64,000 bases of DNA from an uncultured Candidatus Saccharibacteria bacterium (GTDB lineage Bacteria > Patescibacteriota > Minisyncoccia > Minisyncoccales > Staskawiczbacteraceae): the NCBI GenBank assembly GCA_964424305.1, contig CAYRHW010000005.1, forward strand, positions 5,746 to 69,745, written 5' to 3'. Below are positions 38,475-49,087 of the stretch, piece after piece (the stretch's first letter is position 1; each line of letters opens with the position of its first letter). The notes under the pieces were generated by a model, which did not search any database, was not told where the DNA came from, and was given only the letters and a program-made list of their open reading frames with translations. The position numbers were made by a program, and so were the translations under genes.

Positions 38475-38921
38475 TTATTTTTTAACTTCTACCTCTTCCT
38501 CAATCCCCATCTGCTTGTACACTGTCCCCAAAACTCCATTGATAAACTTGCCGGAACTTTCCCCGCCAAAAGTTTTAGCCAGTTCAATGGATTCATTGAT
38601 GGCAACTTTTGGAGGAACCTCTTCTTTGTTGCTGTATAGAAGTTCGTATAGCCCTATTCTCAAAACATTTCTATCGACAATTGGTATTTGAGCTATTGGC
38701 CACTCTGGGGCCGCCTTCTCAATTATCTTATCAATCTCGTGTAAATGTTTAATCACTCCCTTTATTATATCCCCAACAAATGTTGTATCTTCCAGGCCTG
38801 GACCAAAGTCTTTAATATTCCTTTCGGTTATCTTACTTAAAACATCTTTCTCCTGACCATAAAAATCCCATTCGTATAGACTTTGCATGGCGATTGATCT
38901 TGAAAGATGTCTTGAGGCCAT
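38475..38921 (-). CDS. nusB: transcription antitermination factor NusB
   Basis: Begins [18 protein letters not shown] and contains [11 protein letters not shown] and INESIELAK. Confidence 0.85.
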   Translation of the reverse strand: MASRHLSRSIAMQSLYEWDFYGQEKDVLSKITERNIKDFGPGLEDTTFVGDIIKGVIKHLHEIDKIIEKAAPEWPIAQIPIVDRNVLRIGLYELLYSNKEEVPPKVAINESIELAKTFGGESSGKFINGVLGTVYKQMGIEEEVEVKK

Positions 38922-38940
38922 TAACTATATATATTTTAAA

Positions 38941-39222
38941 CTACTTTTTTGATAAGTTATCCATGGTCATCGGCTTATCACTCTGTTCTTTCTCCGTATT
39001 CTTCATTTCCTTCTCCACCTGCTTCCTTTCTTTCTTGGTTAACTTTCCTAAAACATTGATAATCTCCTTTCCTTTGTAGTAGCCACAATTTTTGCAAACA
39101 ATATGGGCCTTAACTGGTTTATTGCACTTTGAGCACAAAGTCAAAACAGGAGGAGTCACAAAAATGTGCATCCTTCTTTGGTCTCTTGTTGAACTAGTCT
39201 TATGTCTTTTCGGAACTGCCAT
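38941..39222 (-). CDS. rpmF: 50S ribosomal protein L32 with Lys/Glu-rich C-terminal extension
   Basis: Begins MAVPKRHKTSSTRDQRRMH and has the zinc ribbon CSKCNKPVKAHIVCKNCGYY. Confidence 0.85.
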   Translation of the reverse strand: MAVPKRHKTSSTRDQRRMHIFVTPPVLTLCSKCNKPVKAHIVCKNCGYYKGKEIINVLGKLTKKERKQVEKEMKNTEKEQSDKPMTMDNLSKK

Positions 39223-39332
39223 GTTAAATAATAATTTTTAGTAATTAAAAATGTTTTTTTAGTTTACCAGAGAAATCCATAACTGGCAAGTCCCCACACT
39301 CGAACCTAGTGTGGGGACTCATTAAATATCTT

Positions 39333-41873
39333 CTAGAAGGGGTTTATCTCTTTCCACCACGGGGTCCCCGACCCCACATCTCCGACGACAACAGTTGTTG
39401 TGAAAGTACAACAACCAACTGCATCACAAATGTGTAAAGTTACTGTATACCGCCCGTCAGCAGTATAGGTATGAGTAGTATTCCCCCTGGTAGCACTCGT
39501 TCCACCGTCACCAAAATCCCAAGTATAGGTATTTGTTGCTCGGTCTCTGCAGTTGTATGCAGTTTCGTCGTCGTTGTAGCAGACAGAACCATCTAGGAAA
39601 TTAACCGGGGTATTCGCTGACACAATTGACAGTAAAGAGGCAGTCGACGAACCAATAAATCCTGTTTGGCCGGAAAAATCAAATTGAGGACTTGGGAAGG
39701 GGTGGACATAGGTATTAAAGCTGGCTGGACCAGGGATCCAGGCAGAACTCCTACCAGCGGAATCGGTAACCTTAACCCTCCAGTAATATGTTTTCCCATA
39801 GGAGATATAGTTACCACCTAAGGTTGCGGGGATTGGTCTAACCACCACTGCCTGTGAGTTCACGGTGCCAGTTGGATAATTAAGGCCCCCAACAATAATA
39901 TTAACTTCTGGAGATGAATAATTCGAATTATCATCGACTTGGAAATAGAATTGCTTTTCGTTCCTGTTATTCGGACTCTGGTATGTCCATTGGAAGTTGA
40001 TCACTCCGCATCCTGGAGGATTTACACAAGGATTAACATCTGGGATGAGAACATCTATTGCAGTAGGACCCTTGCAGTCTGCGGCAGTGGTACACTCATT
40101 TGCCCCTGTTCCTGGACTAGAGACACATTGTTCCGTGGCGTCGCAGATCATGTGAGTTCCGCTGCAACCAGGTCCCGCCACCCATTGGCAAGCTGCGCTA
40201 CAAGTTCTCGTTCCTCCCCCAACACAATTTTCAACTGTTCCGGGAACGCATGTTCCTGTTTGGCCAGAACAGGTACCCCAAGCACATCCAGTTCCACAGG
40301 TTTGGGTACCACATTTACCACAAGATCGAGTGGCACCATATGTACATTCACCCGCATTTGCTGCACAAGCAGGTGCTGTACCACAAATGCCCGGGAAGCA
40401 AGTACTAAGGGGGCCACCCGTGCAACCACAGGTGCAAGGAGTATTTGTTAAAGTGGTTGCGCAATCCATGGTACACTGAGCGAAAATGGTCGCCACACAC
40501 TTTCCAGTACAATCCAATTTAAGATTTGTAACACTATTCCCTTCGCAATACATAGTTTGAGATCCCCAGTTCGGGCATGGCCATTGGACTACCCATTTTT
40601 TTGATTTTACACACTTACTAGTACCACCGCTGGTGACACAACTAGCACATTGACGTTCCTCTTCTGTTGAGGCCGGGAAAGTAACACCCCATTGAACAAC
40701 TGGGCCTCCACATCTTTGAAGACCAGTGGGATTGCATGAGTCTCCGCAGGGATCATCTGTCACCCAAACAACATGCGACTGACATTCAGATGGCATAGTA
40801 TTATTCGGCCAAGCATGACAATACCCGCATGTTTGTTCCTTTTCTAATACACCACCAGACGAACACCGCTTTTTCCCAGTATCTGTACAGGGCGTTGGCG
40901 GACAATTTACGAGTTTCTGATTACTCTTTACCATAGAACAACCGGGGGCACACCACCAAATAGCTCCCGTTCCAACTCCGGGACATTTACTCGTATTGAC
41001 ACTGCAGTTATCCGCCACCTTGCTCGTTTCGCAATATCCAGGGCTTAAACACGAATTACTTGCTACCTCTTTAGTTGTCCATGTACCATCACAACCATAT
41101 ATTTGCGTAACCCCGCTTGTATTACATTTTTCCTCTTCCTGCTGGCCACAATTATTAGTGGTAGTGCAAACACCTTTTTCCCAAGCATTGCCGTCTTTAC
41201 AAAAAACCTCATTAGGATTCGGCAAGCATTCTGAATCACTCGTACAACCATTGACACAGACTGCCCCGGGTCCCGTTGCTGAAATTTGGATACCAGAGAC
41301 ATCGCAACCGAATTGATCCACGGTCCATTGAGACCACCCCTGACAAAGCCAGCAACAGTCACACCACGTCCCATAATACGTGGTACCGAAAGTACTATCC
41401 CTTTTTGTCAATTGGGTATTGCTTCTTTGCCAATTCACAAACCCATATGGGCTGCCAAAACCCATAGCCCAGAGTGACTCACGAAGAGTTATTTGGGCAA
41501 CGCCGGGTGCATAATAATCAAAGCCTGAGAACAAAACCGACCCCTGTTCGTAGCCTGGAGAAAGAGTGCGCGTGTCTCGGGTGATACTACCGACACAACT
41601 ATTTTGATCAATTGAACCTGTATATGTTCCGTTAAGAAGCTCGCATCTTGTGCCGCCAATACCACTTGCCGCCGTCCAAGGAGAAGGATCTTGCCCCCCT
41701 GTTGAATTTGCTCTTACCCCAGATATGGTTATGGTAATGTCTGCTTGCACAGCCTTCGCTACTCCGGGAGAAACAAAAGAAAAAATAGTTACCAAAAGAA
41801 ACAAAATTAAAGAAAAAGAAAATACTTTTTGAAAATCTTTACTGCCACTAGAAATACAGTTATTGTAAGACAT
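39333..41873 (-). CDS. large secreted Cys-rich protein with C-terminal PKD domain (846 aa)
   Basis: Has a signal/anchor FSFSLILFLLVTIFSFVSPGVAKA and dozens of Cys residues in the 200-600 region. The PKD motif is YTWDFGDGGTSATRGNTTHTYTADGRYTVTLHICD. Confidence 0.7.
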   Translation of the reverse strand: MSYNNCISSGSKDFQKVFSFSLILFLLVTIFSFVSPGVAKAVQADITITISGVRANSTGGQDPSPWTAASGIGGTRCELLNGTYTGSIDQNSCVGSITRDTRTLSPGYEQGSVLFSGFDYYAPGVAQITLRESLWAMGFGSPYGFVNWQRSNTQLTKRDSTFGTTYYGTWCDCCWLCQGWSQWTVDQFGCDVSGIQISATGPGAVCVNGCTSDSECLPNPNEVFCKDGNAWEKGVCTTTNNCGQQEEEKCNTSGVTQIYGCDGTWTTKEVASNSCLSPGYCETSKVADNCSVNTSKCPGVGTGAIWWCAPGCSMVKSNQKLVNCPPTPCTDTGKKRCSSGGVLEKEQTCGYCHAWPNNTMPSECQSHVVWVTDDPCGDSCNPTGLQRCGGPVVQWGVTFPASTEEERQCASCVTSGGTSKCVKSKKWVVQWPCPNWGSQTMYCEGNSVTNLKLDCTGKCVATIFAQCTMDCATTLTNTPCTCGCTGGPLSTCFPGICGTAPACAANAGECTYGATRSCGKCGTQTCGTGCAWGTCSGQTGTCVPGTVENCVGGGTRTCSAACQWVAGPGCSGTHMICDATEQCVSSPGTGANECTTAADCKGPTAIDVLIPDVNPCVNPPGCGVINFQWTYQSPNNRNEKQFYFQVDDNSNYSSPEVNIIVGGLNYPTGTVNSQAVVVRPIPATLGGNYISYGKTYYWRVKVTDSAGRSSAWIPGPASFNTYVHPFPSPQFDFSGQTGFIGSSTASLLSIVSANTPVNFLDGSVCYNDDETAYNCRDRATNTYTWDFGDGGTSATRGNTTHTYTADGRYTVTLHICDAVGCCTFTTTVVVGDVGSGTPWWKEINPF

Positions 41874-41945
41874 ATATTGTTATTAATAACAATTATTTTA
41901 GTATCTATTATTTCTTTTTCACTATTGTGCAAAAACCACACCTAA

Positions 41946-42641
41946 CTACCTGCCAAGAGAAATGGGCGGATTAATCATAATAACCCTTGCTTGTTTCTTC
42001 CCATCTGAAGAAACGCCATAGCTAACGAATATTACATCGTTAGCTTTAATTTGCTCCAAAGAGGTCTTCTTCTGATTCCAGACGTCGTGGATATTAAAGT
42101 AAATATCCGTACTATTAATTATTTCGACTGAAGGGTTATTCTCGAAATTAATCGTTTTCCCAGAAATATCAATAACCTTCCCGTTAATGAAAAGGGGCGT
42201 GTTTGCTAGAGAGGCAACACTGCTTGGGGCATTAAGCGGATTTATTATAATAGTTCTTCCCTGTATTCTTCCATCTGGAGAAACGTTAACAATGGCGGTT
42301 ATTAGATCGTTAACCTTGATTTGGTTAAAGGCGGCCTTTGTCCGATCGTTGTAATCGTCGAAGCTTAAATAAACTTTAGTGTCGTCGCTTGTTTCAACGG
42401 AAACTTTTCCGTTTAGAGTAATTATTTTATCAGAAATATTGGTAATCATGCCCTCTACGGAGGGATAGGTAGTAGTTACCGAATTAACAGCCTCTAATGT
42501 TCCCTTCGTATTATTTAATTCTGCCGTTACTTGCGAAAAATTCCTTTTCTCTAAAAATATACCTAAATAACAGCCTGCTCCAATAAGAACTACGGCTCCG
42601 ACTATTATATAGATAACCCTGGGTAAATTATTGTTGCTCAT
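41946..42641 (-). CDS. membrane-anchored protein with two repeated beta-rich modules (DUF5666-like, tentative)
   Basis: N-terminal TM VIYIIVGAVVLIGAGCYLGIF. Internal repeats are ...ITLNGKVSVETSDDTKVY...VSPDGRIQGRTIIINP and ...GKVIDISGKTINFEN...VSSDGKKQARVIMINP. Confidence 0.5.
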   Translation of the reverse strand: MSNNNLPRVIYIIVGAVVLIGAGCYLGIFLEKRNFSQVTAELNNTKGTLEAVNSVTTTYPSVEGMITNISDKIITLNGKVSVETSDDTKVYLSFDDYNDRTKAAFNQIKVNDLITAIVNVSPDGRIQGRTIIINPLNAPSSVASLANTPLFINGKVIDISGKTINFENNPSVEIINSTDIYFNIHDVWNQKKTSLEQIKANDVIFVSYGVSSDGKKQARVIMINPPISLGR

Positions 42642-42676
42642 TTTTATATATTTAATATTAAATTAAATTTTAAAAA

Positions 42677-43141
42677 CTATTGTATGATTGGAGCTACCGG
42701 AAAAATAACAACCAGAGAGCCTTCGAGTTGTCCGTCGGGCAACATTTTCATATTGATGTTTAAACTATCACCAACTTTAATATCCTTAAACTCAACAGCC
42801 ATCTCCTGGGGAAATCCGGAGACGCTCCCATCTGTGGCAGTGGGTGAAACTAGAGAAGAAATTTTCGCATCTTGTTTTATTGAAACCTGCAAACTTTCAT
42901 TCCTAGCCGCCAGGGTGACAATTCTCCCAGAGACGCTTGTTACCTTACCAAAAGCAATTATTGTAGTAATTAATTTTGAAGAAGTTAAGGCGGCGGATAC
43001 GTCAGCTAACTTTCCCAAACTTTCAATTTGCGGTTCCAATCTTTTATTTTCCTGGGAAACACCAAGAAGATATCCTCCACCAAAAAATATTCCTAATCCA
43101 ATAATAATTACAACAGGTATAATTAAAACTTTATTATTCAT
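42677..43141 (-). CDS. membrane-anchored single-module paralog of the upstream gene
   Basis: Start at MNNKVLIIPVVIIIGLGIFFGGGYL. The module is GKVTSVSGRIVTLAARNESLQV...MLPDGQLEGSLVVIFP. Confidence 0.5.
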   Translation of the reverse strand: MNNKVLIIPVVIIIGLGIFFGGGYLLGVSQENKRLEPQIESLGKLADVSAALTSSKLITTIIAFGKVTSVSGRIVTLAARNESLQVSIKQDAKISSLVSPTATDGSVSGFPQEMAVEFKDIKVGDSLNINMKMLPDGQLEGSLVVIFPVAPIIQ

Positions 43142-43327
43142 AGATTTAAATATTAATATATTATACCTTATCTCACACAACCCAACAAACAACCGCAACA
43201 TGTGGATAACTTTTCTTGACTTTACTTTTATCTATTTTCTATGTACAGTAAGGGTAGCACACTCCCGCCATTGTGGAGGGAGAGACCTCTTACAATTTAA
43301 TATGGAAAACTAGAAAGGATCTGGACC

Positions 43328-45022
43328 ATGAAGACGACGACGGCTGCTTGGTTGTTTGTATTTTTTGTTTTCGGATTCTCGGCCCAGGCTCAAGATATTC
43401 CTGGCGGAATCGTTTCTTCCAACGGCAAAGATGCCATCTATCTGGACTATCAGTTGTGCCAAGAAAGGAACCTGACGGCCGACCTTAAGGGGCCGGCAAT
43501 CACGGGACCATTGGCGATTTCAGAAGATGGATTGGTTCTGGCCTGGCTTCAGGGAAACAAATTCCTGACCTGGACGAGCCAAGATGAAAAACCCCGTCCT
43601 ATTGATAACAAATTCCCGCCTACTTTCGGAAAGATCAGAAACATGACACTTTCTCCGGAAGGTGTCCACCTTGCTTTTGAGTCTACCGAGAAAAACACCT
43701 CATTCTTCCTTGTCGAAGCTGGTAAAAGCCAGCCATCGAGATTGGGCGACAGTAGTATTTATCCAAAGTACTTCACGAGAATGGAGGAATATAACGCAAT
43801 CACAATGTCTTATGTTTCTCCCTACATTTCCTGGCGCTATGGGAACACAGGTTTCTACCCGCCCACCTTCCCCATTAGAACAAATGAAACAGTAGATTAT
43901 GCGCCGGGAAAAACCCACAGAGTTGGCGAAGTAACAGAAAGTGTTCTTGGAAGTATTTCAATACCCAATATAAGGGCCGGCCTGAAGGTAACGATCGAGG
44001 AAGCGCACAAGAAGTTCTCGATCAAGCGTGACGCCCACTTTATTGCCTGGCAAAAAGTCTCAACTGATCCCCTCTTCTTTGCCTTGATCTACAAGACAGA
44101 AAAGGGATGGGGACCAATTGAGATCAGAAGCACAGAGCCTCTTTCCTCAACCAATCCCCCCACCGGTCAAAAACCCGGAGTCTGGGAAATCCCTATTCTT
44201 TTGAAAGACTGCCAAAGCCTGGCCTGGAAGCCCGATGGCTCGCTCACCTACTTGAGCGAAGGAAAGGTCTTCTCAATCGAACAGAGATACATCGCAATGG
44301 GGATTGAAAACAGCGGTGTGAAAAAATACAGGGAGCCTGGAAACAGTATCCCGCAATTGGTCCCAGTTAACAATGTCATAAAGGTTACCCCCGAATTGGT
44401 CGCCGAAGGAATCGATGGCGATCGTCTGCACTGGGCCACCAATGACACTTTCCGCTTCCGAGGCAGAGAGGGCAGCCGACGCAACATCACCTCCTGGCAC
44501 AAGGGAGAGATGAAGAAGCTCTGCGCCGCCCCAGAGGAATTTTCCTACTGTGACCGTGCTCCCTTCAGCACTGTCAAACCCACCAACATCGCCGGAACTG
44601 TCTCGGGTAAAGACAAATCCGCCAAGGGTGGCGTGAGCACACAGAAAGGAAACTATCTTCTCTCTGTTGGGAATACCAGTATCAAATGGGAAAGCCGACC
44701 CGACGGTTATTTCAGAATTTGGGGTGGAGGAAAGGGTGATCACTATGCCCTCCCACCCGAATCCAATATCGATGATGTCTACGATCCTTCCAAATACGAT
44801 TTCAAGAAAATGCCGGACAGGTATACAACCGGAACTCCGCGTTTTGTTGACATCAAACCAAACCAAATCCTATTGCTCAAATCCAACAACAAATACACAG
44901 CAATCAAACCGCTGGAAGACAAAGATGGCGGACAAGCCACCCAAATGACCTACGAATGGAAATTCTGGGCAGCCCCTCCAATCATTTCGGCGAGAACAAA
45001 CTCTCCAACTGAGAGTAAATAG
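43328..45022 (+). CDS. GC-rich orphan: secreted protein (564 aa), unknown function
   Basis: The signal peptide is MKTTTAAWLFVFFVFGFSAQA. Repeated beta-strand-like segments (LAWLQGNKFLTWTS, LAWKPDGSLTYLSEGKVFSIE) hint at a beta-propeller. I recognise no catalytic motif. Confidence 0.6.
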   Translation: MKTTTAAWLFVFFVFGFSAQAQDIPGGIVSSNGKDAIYLDYQLCQERNLTADLKGPAITGPLAISEDGLVLAWLQGNKFLTWTSQDEKPRPIDNKFPPTFGKIRNMTLSPEGVHLAFESTEKNTSFFLVEAGKSQPSRLGDSSIYPKYFTRMEEYNAITMSYVSPYISWRYGNTGFYPPTFPIRTNETVDYAPGKTHRVGEVTESVLGSISIPNIRAGLKVTIEEAHKKFSIKRDAHFIAWQKVSTDPLFFALIYKTEKGWGPIEIRSTEPLSSTNPPTGQKPGVWEIPILLKDCQSLAWKPDGSLTYLSEGKVFSIEQRYIAMGIENSGVKKYREPGNSIPQLVPVNNVIKVTPELVAEGIDGDRLHWATNDTFRFRGREGSRRNITSWHKGEMKKLCAAPEEFSYCDRAPFSTVKPTNIAGTVSGKDKSAKGGVSTQKGNYLLSVGNTSIKWESRPDGYFRIWGGGKGDHYALPPESNIDDVYDPSKYDFKKMPDRYTTGTPRFVDIKPNQILLLKSNNKYTAIKPLEDKDGGQATQMTYEWKFWAAPPIISARTNSPTESK

Positions 45023-45068
45023 TTCGCAATTAAATAGGCCCCTAGGTACCAACCTCCGGGCTCTTTTG

Positions 45069-45686
45069 TTACTCCCAGGAAAAAGATTTACGATGGATGG
45101 GACACTGGCCCACCGTTTTTAACACCTTCCGATGAGAAGCAGTTGGATATCCTTTGTGCTTTTTAAATCCATACTCTGGATATTTCTTGTCATATTTCAC
45201 CATTATTCTATCCCTAGTAACTTTAGCAATAATACTAGCTGAAGAAATTGAAAAAACTTTTTGATCTCCTTTTATTATCGACTTCTGAGAAATCTCTGAA
45301 ACTATTTTAAAGTTTCCATCTAGAAGTAAATAGCCGATATTCCCCTTTAATTTTCTCTGAACCTGTCTAATCGATCTTAGCATAGCGAGTTTAGTCGCCT
45401 CTAAGATATTTATCCTATCGATTACCTTTTCTGAAACTATACCAATCCCCCACCATAGGTCTTTGTGATTAATTAAAATACTATAGATACTTTCTCTTTG
45501 GTTTTCGGAAAGTTTCTTGGAATCATTTACTTTTAACGACCTAACAACCTTCTCTGATTTAATTATGACGACAGCTGCAACAACTGGACCGGCCAAAGGG
45601 CCCCTTCCTGCCTCATCTAAACCAGCGACAAACTTAAATCCCTTCTTCCACAATTTCTTTTCTTCATTAAAATTTGGATATTTCAT
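45069..45686 (-). CDS. rnhB: ribonuclease HII
   Basis: Contains GLDEAGRGPLAGPVVAA, DSKKLS, ASIIAKVTRD and GYP. Confidence 0.9.
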   Translation of the reverse strand: MKYPNFNEEKKLWKKGFKFVAGLDEAGRGPLAGPVVAAVVIIKSEKVVRSLKVNDSKKLSENQRESIYSILINHKDLWWGIGIVSEKVIDRINILEATKLAMLRSIRQVQRKLKGNIGYLLLDGNFKIVSEISQKSIIKGDQKVFSISSASIIAKVTRDRIMVKYDKKYPEYGFKKHKGYPTASHRKVLKTVGQCPIHRKSFSWE

Positions 45687-45781
45687 TCAATTATCTTACC
45701 ATGTTAAAATGCAAAAAAATATTGTTTGACTTTGACCTTAAAAAAAGTAAAATAATGATATATTGAAAACGTTTTTTATTT

Positions 45782-48700
45782 ATGAAATTTACCAATCTTC
45801 ACGTTCACAGCCATTATTCTCTCTTGGATGGTTTGCCAAAGATAAAAGAGCTTGTTGACTATGTAAAAGAATCTGGAATGGATTCTGTTGCTTTAACTGA
45901 CCACGGAGTTTTATACGGTGCCGTAGAATTCTATAAAGCCGCTAAAGCCAAGGGGATAAAACCAATTATTGGGTGCGAGGTTTACCAAGCCCTTGAAGGG
46001 ATGACGCAAAAGAGACCAGGAGTGGATGATAAACGATACCACCTTATCCTGTTAGCCAAAAACGAAGAAGGTTATAGAAATCTTGTTAAATTAGTTACTA
46101 AGGCCCAATTAGAGGGCTTTTACTATAAACCAAGAATCGATATGGAGCTATTAGCCCAGCATTCTGCTGGCTTGATTGGTTTAACCGCCTGCATTCAAGG
46201 AAAAATCCCACAATTAATTCTAGCCAATAGATTAGAGGATGCCAAAAAACAAGCCTTGAAATATCAAGAGATATTTGGCAAAGGAAATTTCTATCTTGAG
46301 CTCCAACATCATGCCAATATCCCAGAACAAGATAAGGTGAACAAAGCTCTAATCAGTTTTTCAAAGGAATTAGACATTCCTCTGGTGGCCACCAACGACA
46401 GCCACTATTTAAGGAAAGAAGATGCCGAAGTCCAAGATATTCTAATGCTAATAAACACCGGGGCTGATGCAAACGATCCGGAAAGACTGACAATGTTGCA
46501 TGATGATTTTAGTTTAAAAAAACCCGAGGAGATGGAGGAACTATTTAAAAACACTCCCGAAGCTATTGAGAATACTCAAAAAATTGTAGAGATGTGCGAT
46601 TTCCAATTTGAACTTGGAAAAACCAAACTCCCCCACTTCGAAGTGCCCGAAGGAAAAACTCCGGAAGAATTTTTAGAAGATCTCTGCAAAAAAGGACTTC
46701 CCTCAAGATACGGAGAGAATCCCGACCCAAAAATCTTAGAAAGGTTGAATTATGAATTATCGGTTATTAAAAAAACTGGCTTTGCTGGATATTTCTTAAT
46801 CGTTCAGGATTATGTTAATTGGGCAAAAAACAACAGAATTGTTGTGGGACCAGGAAGAGGCTCTGCTGGCGGATCAATTGTCGCCTATCTAACCAACACC
46901 ACCAACGTCGACCCAATAAAAAACAATTTACTTTTTGAGAGATTTTTAAACCCAGAAAGAATATCTATGCCCGATATTGATATGGACTTTACTGATCGCC
47001 GAAGAGATGAGGTCATTACATACATCTCCCAAAAGTATGGCGCAGATCACGTTGCTCAAATTATTACCTTTGGAACAATGGCAGCTAGAGCCGTAATTAG
47101 AGATGTCGGCAGAGCTTTGGCAATCCCCTACAGTTCTTGTGACCGAATCGCCAAAATGATCCCGCCAGGAATGACCTTAAAAGAAACTTTAGAAGGAGTT
47201 ACTGAATTTAAGGAATTGTACGAAAGTGATGCTCAGGCGAAGAAACTCATAGACCTTGGATCCCATCTAGAGGGAGTTGCCCGCCATGCCTCGACTCATG
47301 CCTGTGGCATTGTGATCTCTGAAAAACCCCTAACAGAATATGTTCCGTTACAACACCCAACGCAGGATGACGATAGTATTGTTACTCAATACGAGATGCA
47401 TGCCATTGAAGACCTGGGATTGTTGAAAATGGATTTACTAGGTTTAAAAAATCTAACAATCATTGAAGATTGTTTGGCCCGTATCTATGGAGTGCACAAA
47501 ATATCAATCCAAATTGATAATATCCCGGCCGATGACGAAAAAACCTACAAACTTTTCAGAGAGGCTAACACAACGGGTGTATTCCAACTGGAATCCGATG
47601 GAATGAAAAGATATCTAAAAGATTTAAAACCAACTGTCTTTGAAGACATCGTTGCCATGGTGGCTTTGTACCGCCCGGGCCCAATGCAATTCATCCCCGA
47701 CTTTATTAAAGGAAAAAATGGAAAAAGGAAAATAGAATACTTGCATCCAAAGCTAGAACCAATTTTAAAATCTACCTATGGTATTTGTGTTTACCAAGAA
47801 CAATTAATGCAAATTGCCCAACACCTAGCTGGATTCTCTCTGGCCGAGGCCGATGTTTTGAGGAAGGCTGTTGGTAAAAAAATAATAGAACTATTAGTTG
47901 CCCAGGAAGCTAAGTTTATCTCTGGCTGTATTAAAAACGAAGTCCCAGAGAAAACTGCCAAAGAACTTTGGCAGTGGATTCTACCATTTGCTGAATACGG
48001 ATTTAATAAATCGCATTCTGTAGCCTATGCTACTATTGCCTGTCAAACAGCATACTTAAAATCCCACTACCCTGCCGAGTTTATGTCTGCCCTATTAACC
48101 TCAGAAAAAGCTGATGTTGAAAGAATCTCTGTATTAATTAAGGAATGCCAGAAAATGGGGATCCCGGTTTTGCCGCCAGACATTAATGAAAGCTTTAGGA
48201 ACTTTTCCGTAGTTCCAAACGAACAAAAAATTAGATTTGGATTGCTAGCTATTAAAAACGTTGGAGAGAATATCGTTGATACAATTATCGAGGAAAGAAA
48301 AGCATCGGGGCCGTATAAATCAATGTATGACTTTGTTTCTAGGATACAAACTAAAACACTAAATAAAAAATCTCTGGAAAGTTTAATTAAAGCCGGTGCT
48401 TTTGATAAATTAGAAGAAAGGAATAAGCTCCTGCAGAACGTGGAAGAGCTGCTTGAAGCCAATAGAGAGATTAAGCAAAACCTAAACAGCGGACAAAAGA
48501 GCCTATTTGCCGGCTCTACTACCTACAACCCCTCGATTTTAAAACTTAAAGAAACTACTACTAATATTATCCCCTTGGCCGTCCAGTTAAACTGGGAGAA
48601 AGAACTTCTCGGACTATATATTTCAGCCCATCCTCTAGATGCCTATAGAAGCTTTTTAGAAAAGAAATCCTATCCCCTATCTGCACTTAATAACGACATA

Positions 48701-48964
48701 GTGGGAAAATTAGTAAAGATTGGCGGGATTATATCAACAATCAAAAGGATCATAACCAAGAGCGGCAAGCCAATGATGTTCATAAATCTCGAAGATTTAA
48801 ACACCAAGGTTGAGGTGGTAGTATTTGCATCGGTTATTGATAAAAATCCTGAAGTATTTCAAGAAAACAAAATTGTTTTTGTAAAAGGCAAGGTTGATAA
48901 TCGCGATGGAGAAATTAAGATTATCGCCGATGAAATCGACGAGATTATAAATCAAGAAGCATAG
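45782..48964 (+). CDS. dnaE: DNA polymerase III alpha subunit
   Basis: 1060 aa. The PHP domain begins FTNLHVHSHYSLLDG. Also contains PGRGSAGGS, MPDIDMDF, GLLKMDLLGLKNL, FNKSHSVAYA and a C-terminal OB fold. Confidence 0.95.
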   Translation: MKFTNLHVHSHYSLLDGLPKIKELVDYVKESGMDSVALTDHGVLYGAVEFYKAAKAKGIKPIIGCEVYQALEGMTQKRPGVDDKRYHLILLAKNEEGYRNLVKLVTKAQLEGFYYKPRIDMELLAQHSAGLIGLTACIQGKIPQLILANRLEDAKKQALKYQEIFGKGNFYLELQHHANIPEQDKVNKALISFSKELDIPLVATNDSHYLRKEDAEVQDILMLINTGADANDPERLTMLHDDFSLKKPEEMEELFKNTPEAIENTQKIVEMCDFQFELGKTKLPHFEVPEGKTPEEFLEDLCKKGLPSRYGENPDPKILERLNYELSVIKKTGFAGYFLIVQDYVNWAKNNRIVVGPGRGSAGGSIVAYLTNTTNVDPIKNNLLFERFLNPERISMPDIDMDFTDRRRDEVITYISQKYGADHVAQIITFGTMAARAVIRDVGRALAIPYSSCDRIAKMIPPGMTLKETLEGVTEFKELYESDAQAKKLIDLGSHLEGVARHASTHACGIVISEKPLTEYVPLQHPTQDDDSIVTQYEMHAIEDLGLLKMDLLGLKNLTIIEDCLARIYGVHKISIQIDNIPADDEKTYKLFREANTTGVFQLESDGMKRYLKDLKPTVFEDIVAMVALYRPGPMQFIPDFIKGKNGKRKIEYLHPKLEPILKSTYGICVYQEQLMQIAQHLAGFSLAEADVLRKAVGKKIIELLVAQEAKFISGCIKNEVPEKTAKELWQWILPFAEYGFNKSHSVAYATIACQTAYLKSHYPAEFMSALLTSEKADVERISVLIKECQKMGIPVLPPDINESFRNFSVVPNEQKIRFGLLAIKNVGENIVDTIIEERKASGPYKSMYDFVSRIQTKTLNKKSLESLIKAGAFDKLEERNKLLQNVEELLEANREIKQNLNSGQKSLFAGSTTYNPSILKLKETTTNIIPLAVQLNWEKELLGLYISAHPLDAYRSFLEKKSYPLSALNNDIVGKLVKIGGIISTIKRIITKSGKPMMFINLEDLNTKVEVVVFASVIDKNPEVFQENKIVFVKGKVDNRDGEIKIIADEIDEIINQEA

Positions 48965-49014
48965 ATCACAGAGTAACTTTATCAAAAAATAGTTTTCTAC
49001 TCTATATATATTTT

Positions 49015-49051
49015 AAAACCCCTCTCTGCGCGTTGCGTGGAGAGGGGTTTT
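49015..49051. terminator. bidirectional rho-independent terminator between dnaE and the island-5 gene
   Basis: AAAA-CCCCTCTC-(13 nt)-GAGAGGGG-TTTT. Confidence 0.7.
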
Positions 49052-49087
49052 ACTGTTCAGGGTCTTGAGACCAGGAGCAGTTTGAAG

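Noticed and set aside
42684-43313. 209-aa plus-strand ORF
   Set aside because: It is antisense to the membrane-anchored paralog at 42677-43141, which has a TM anchor and similarity to the neighbouring gene.
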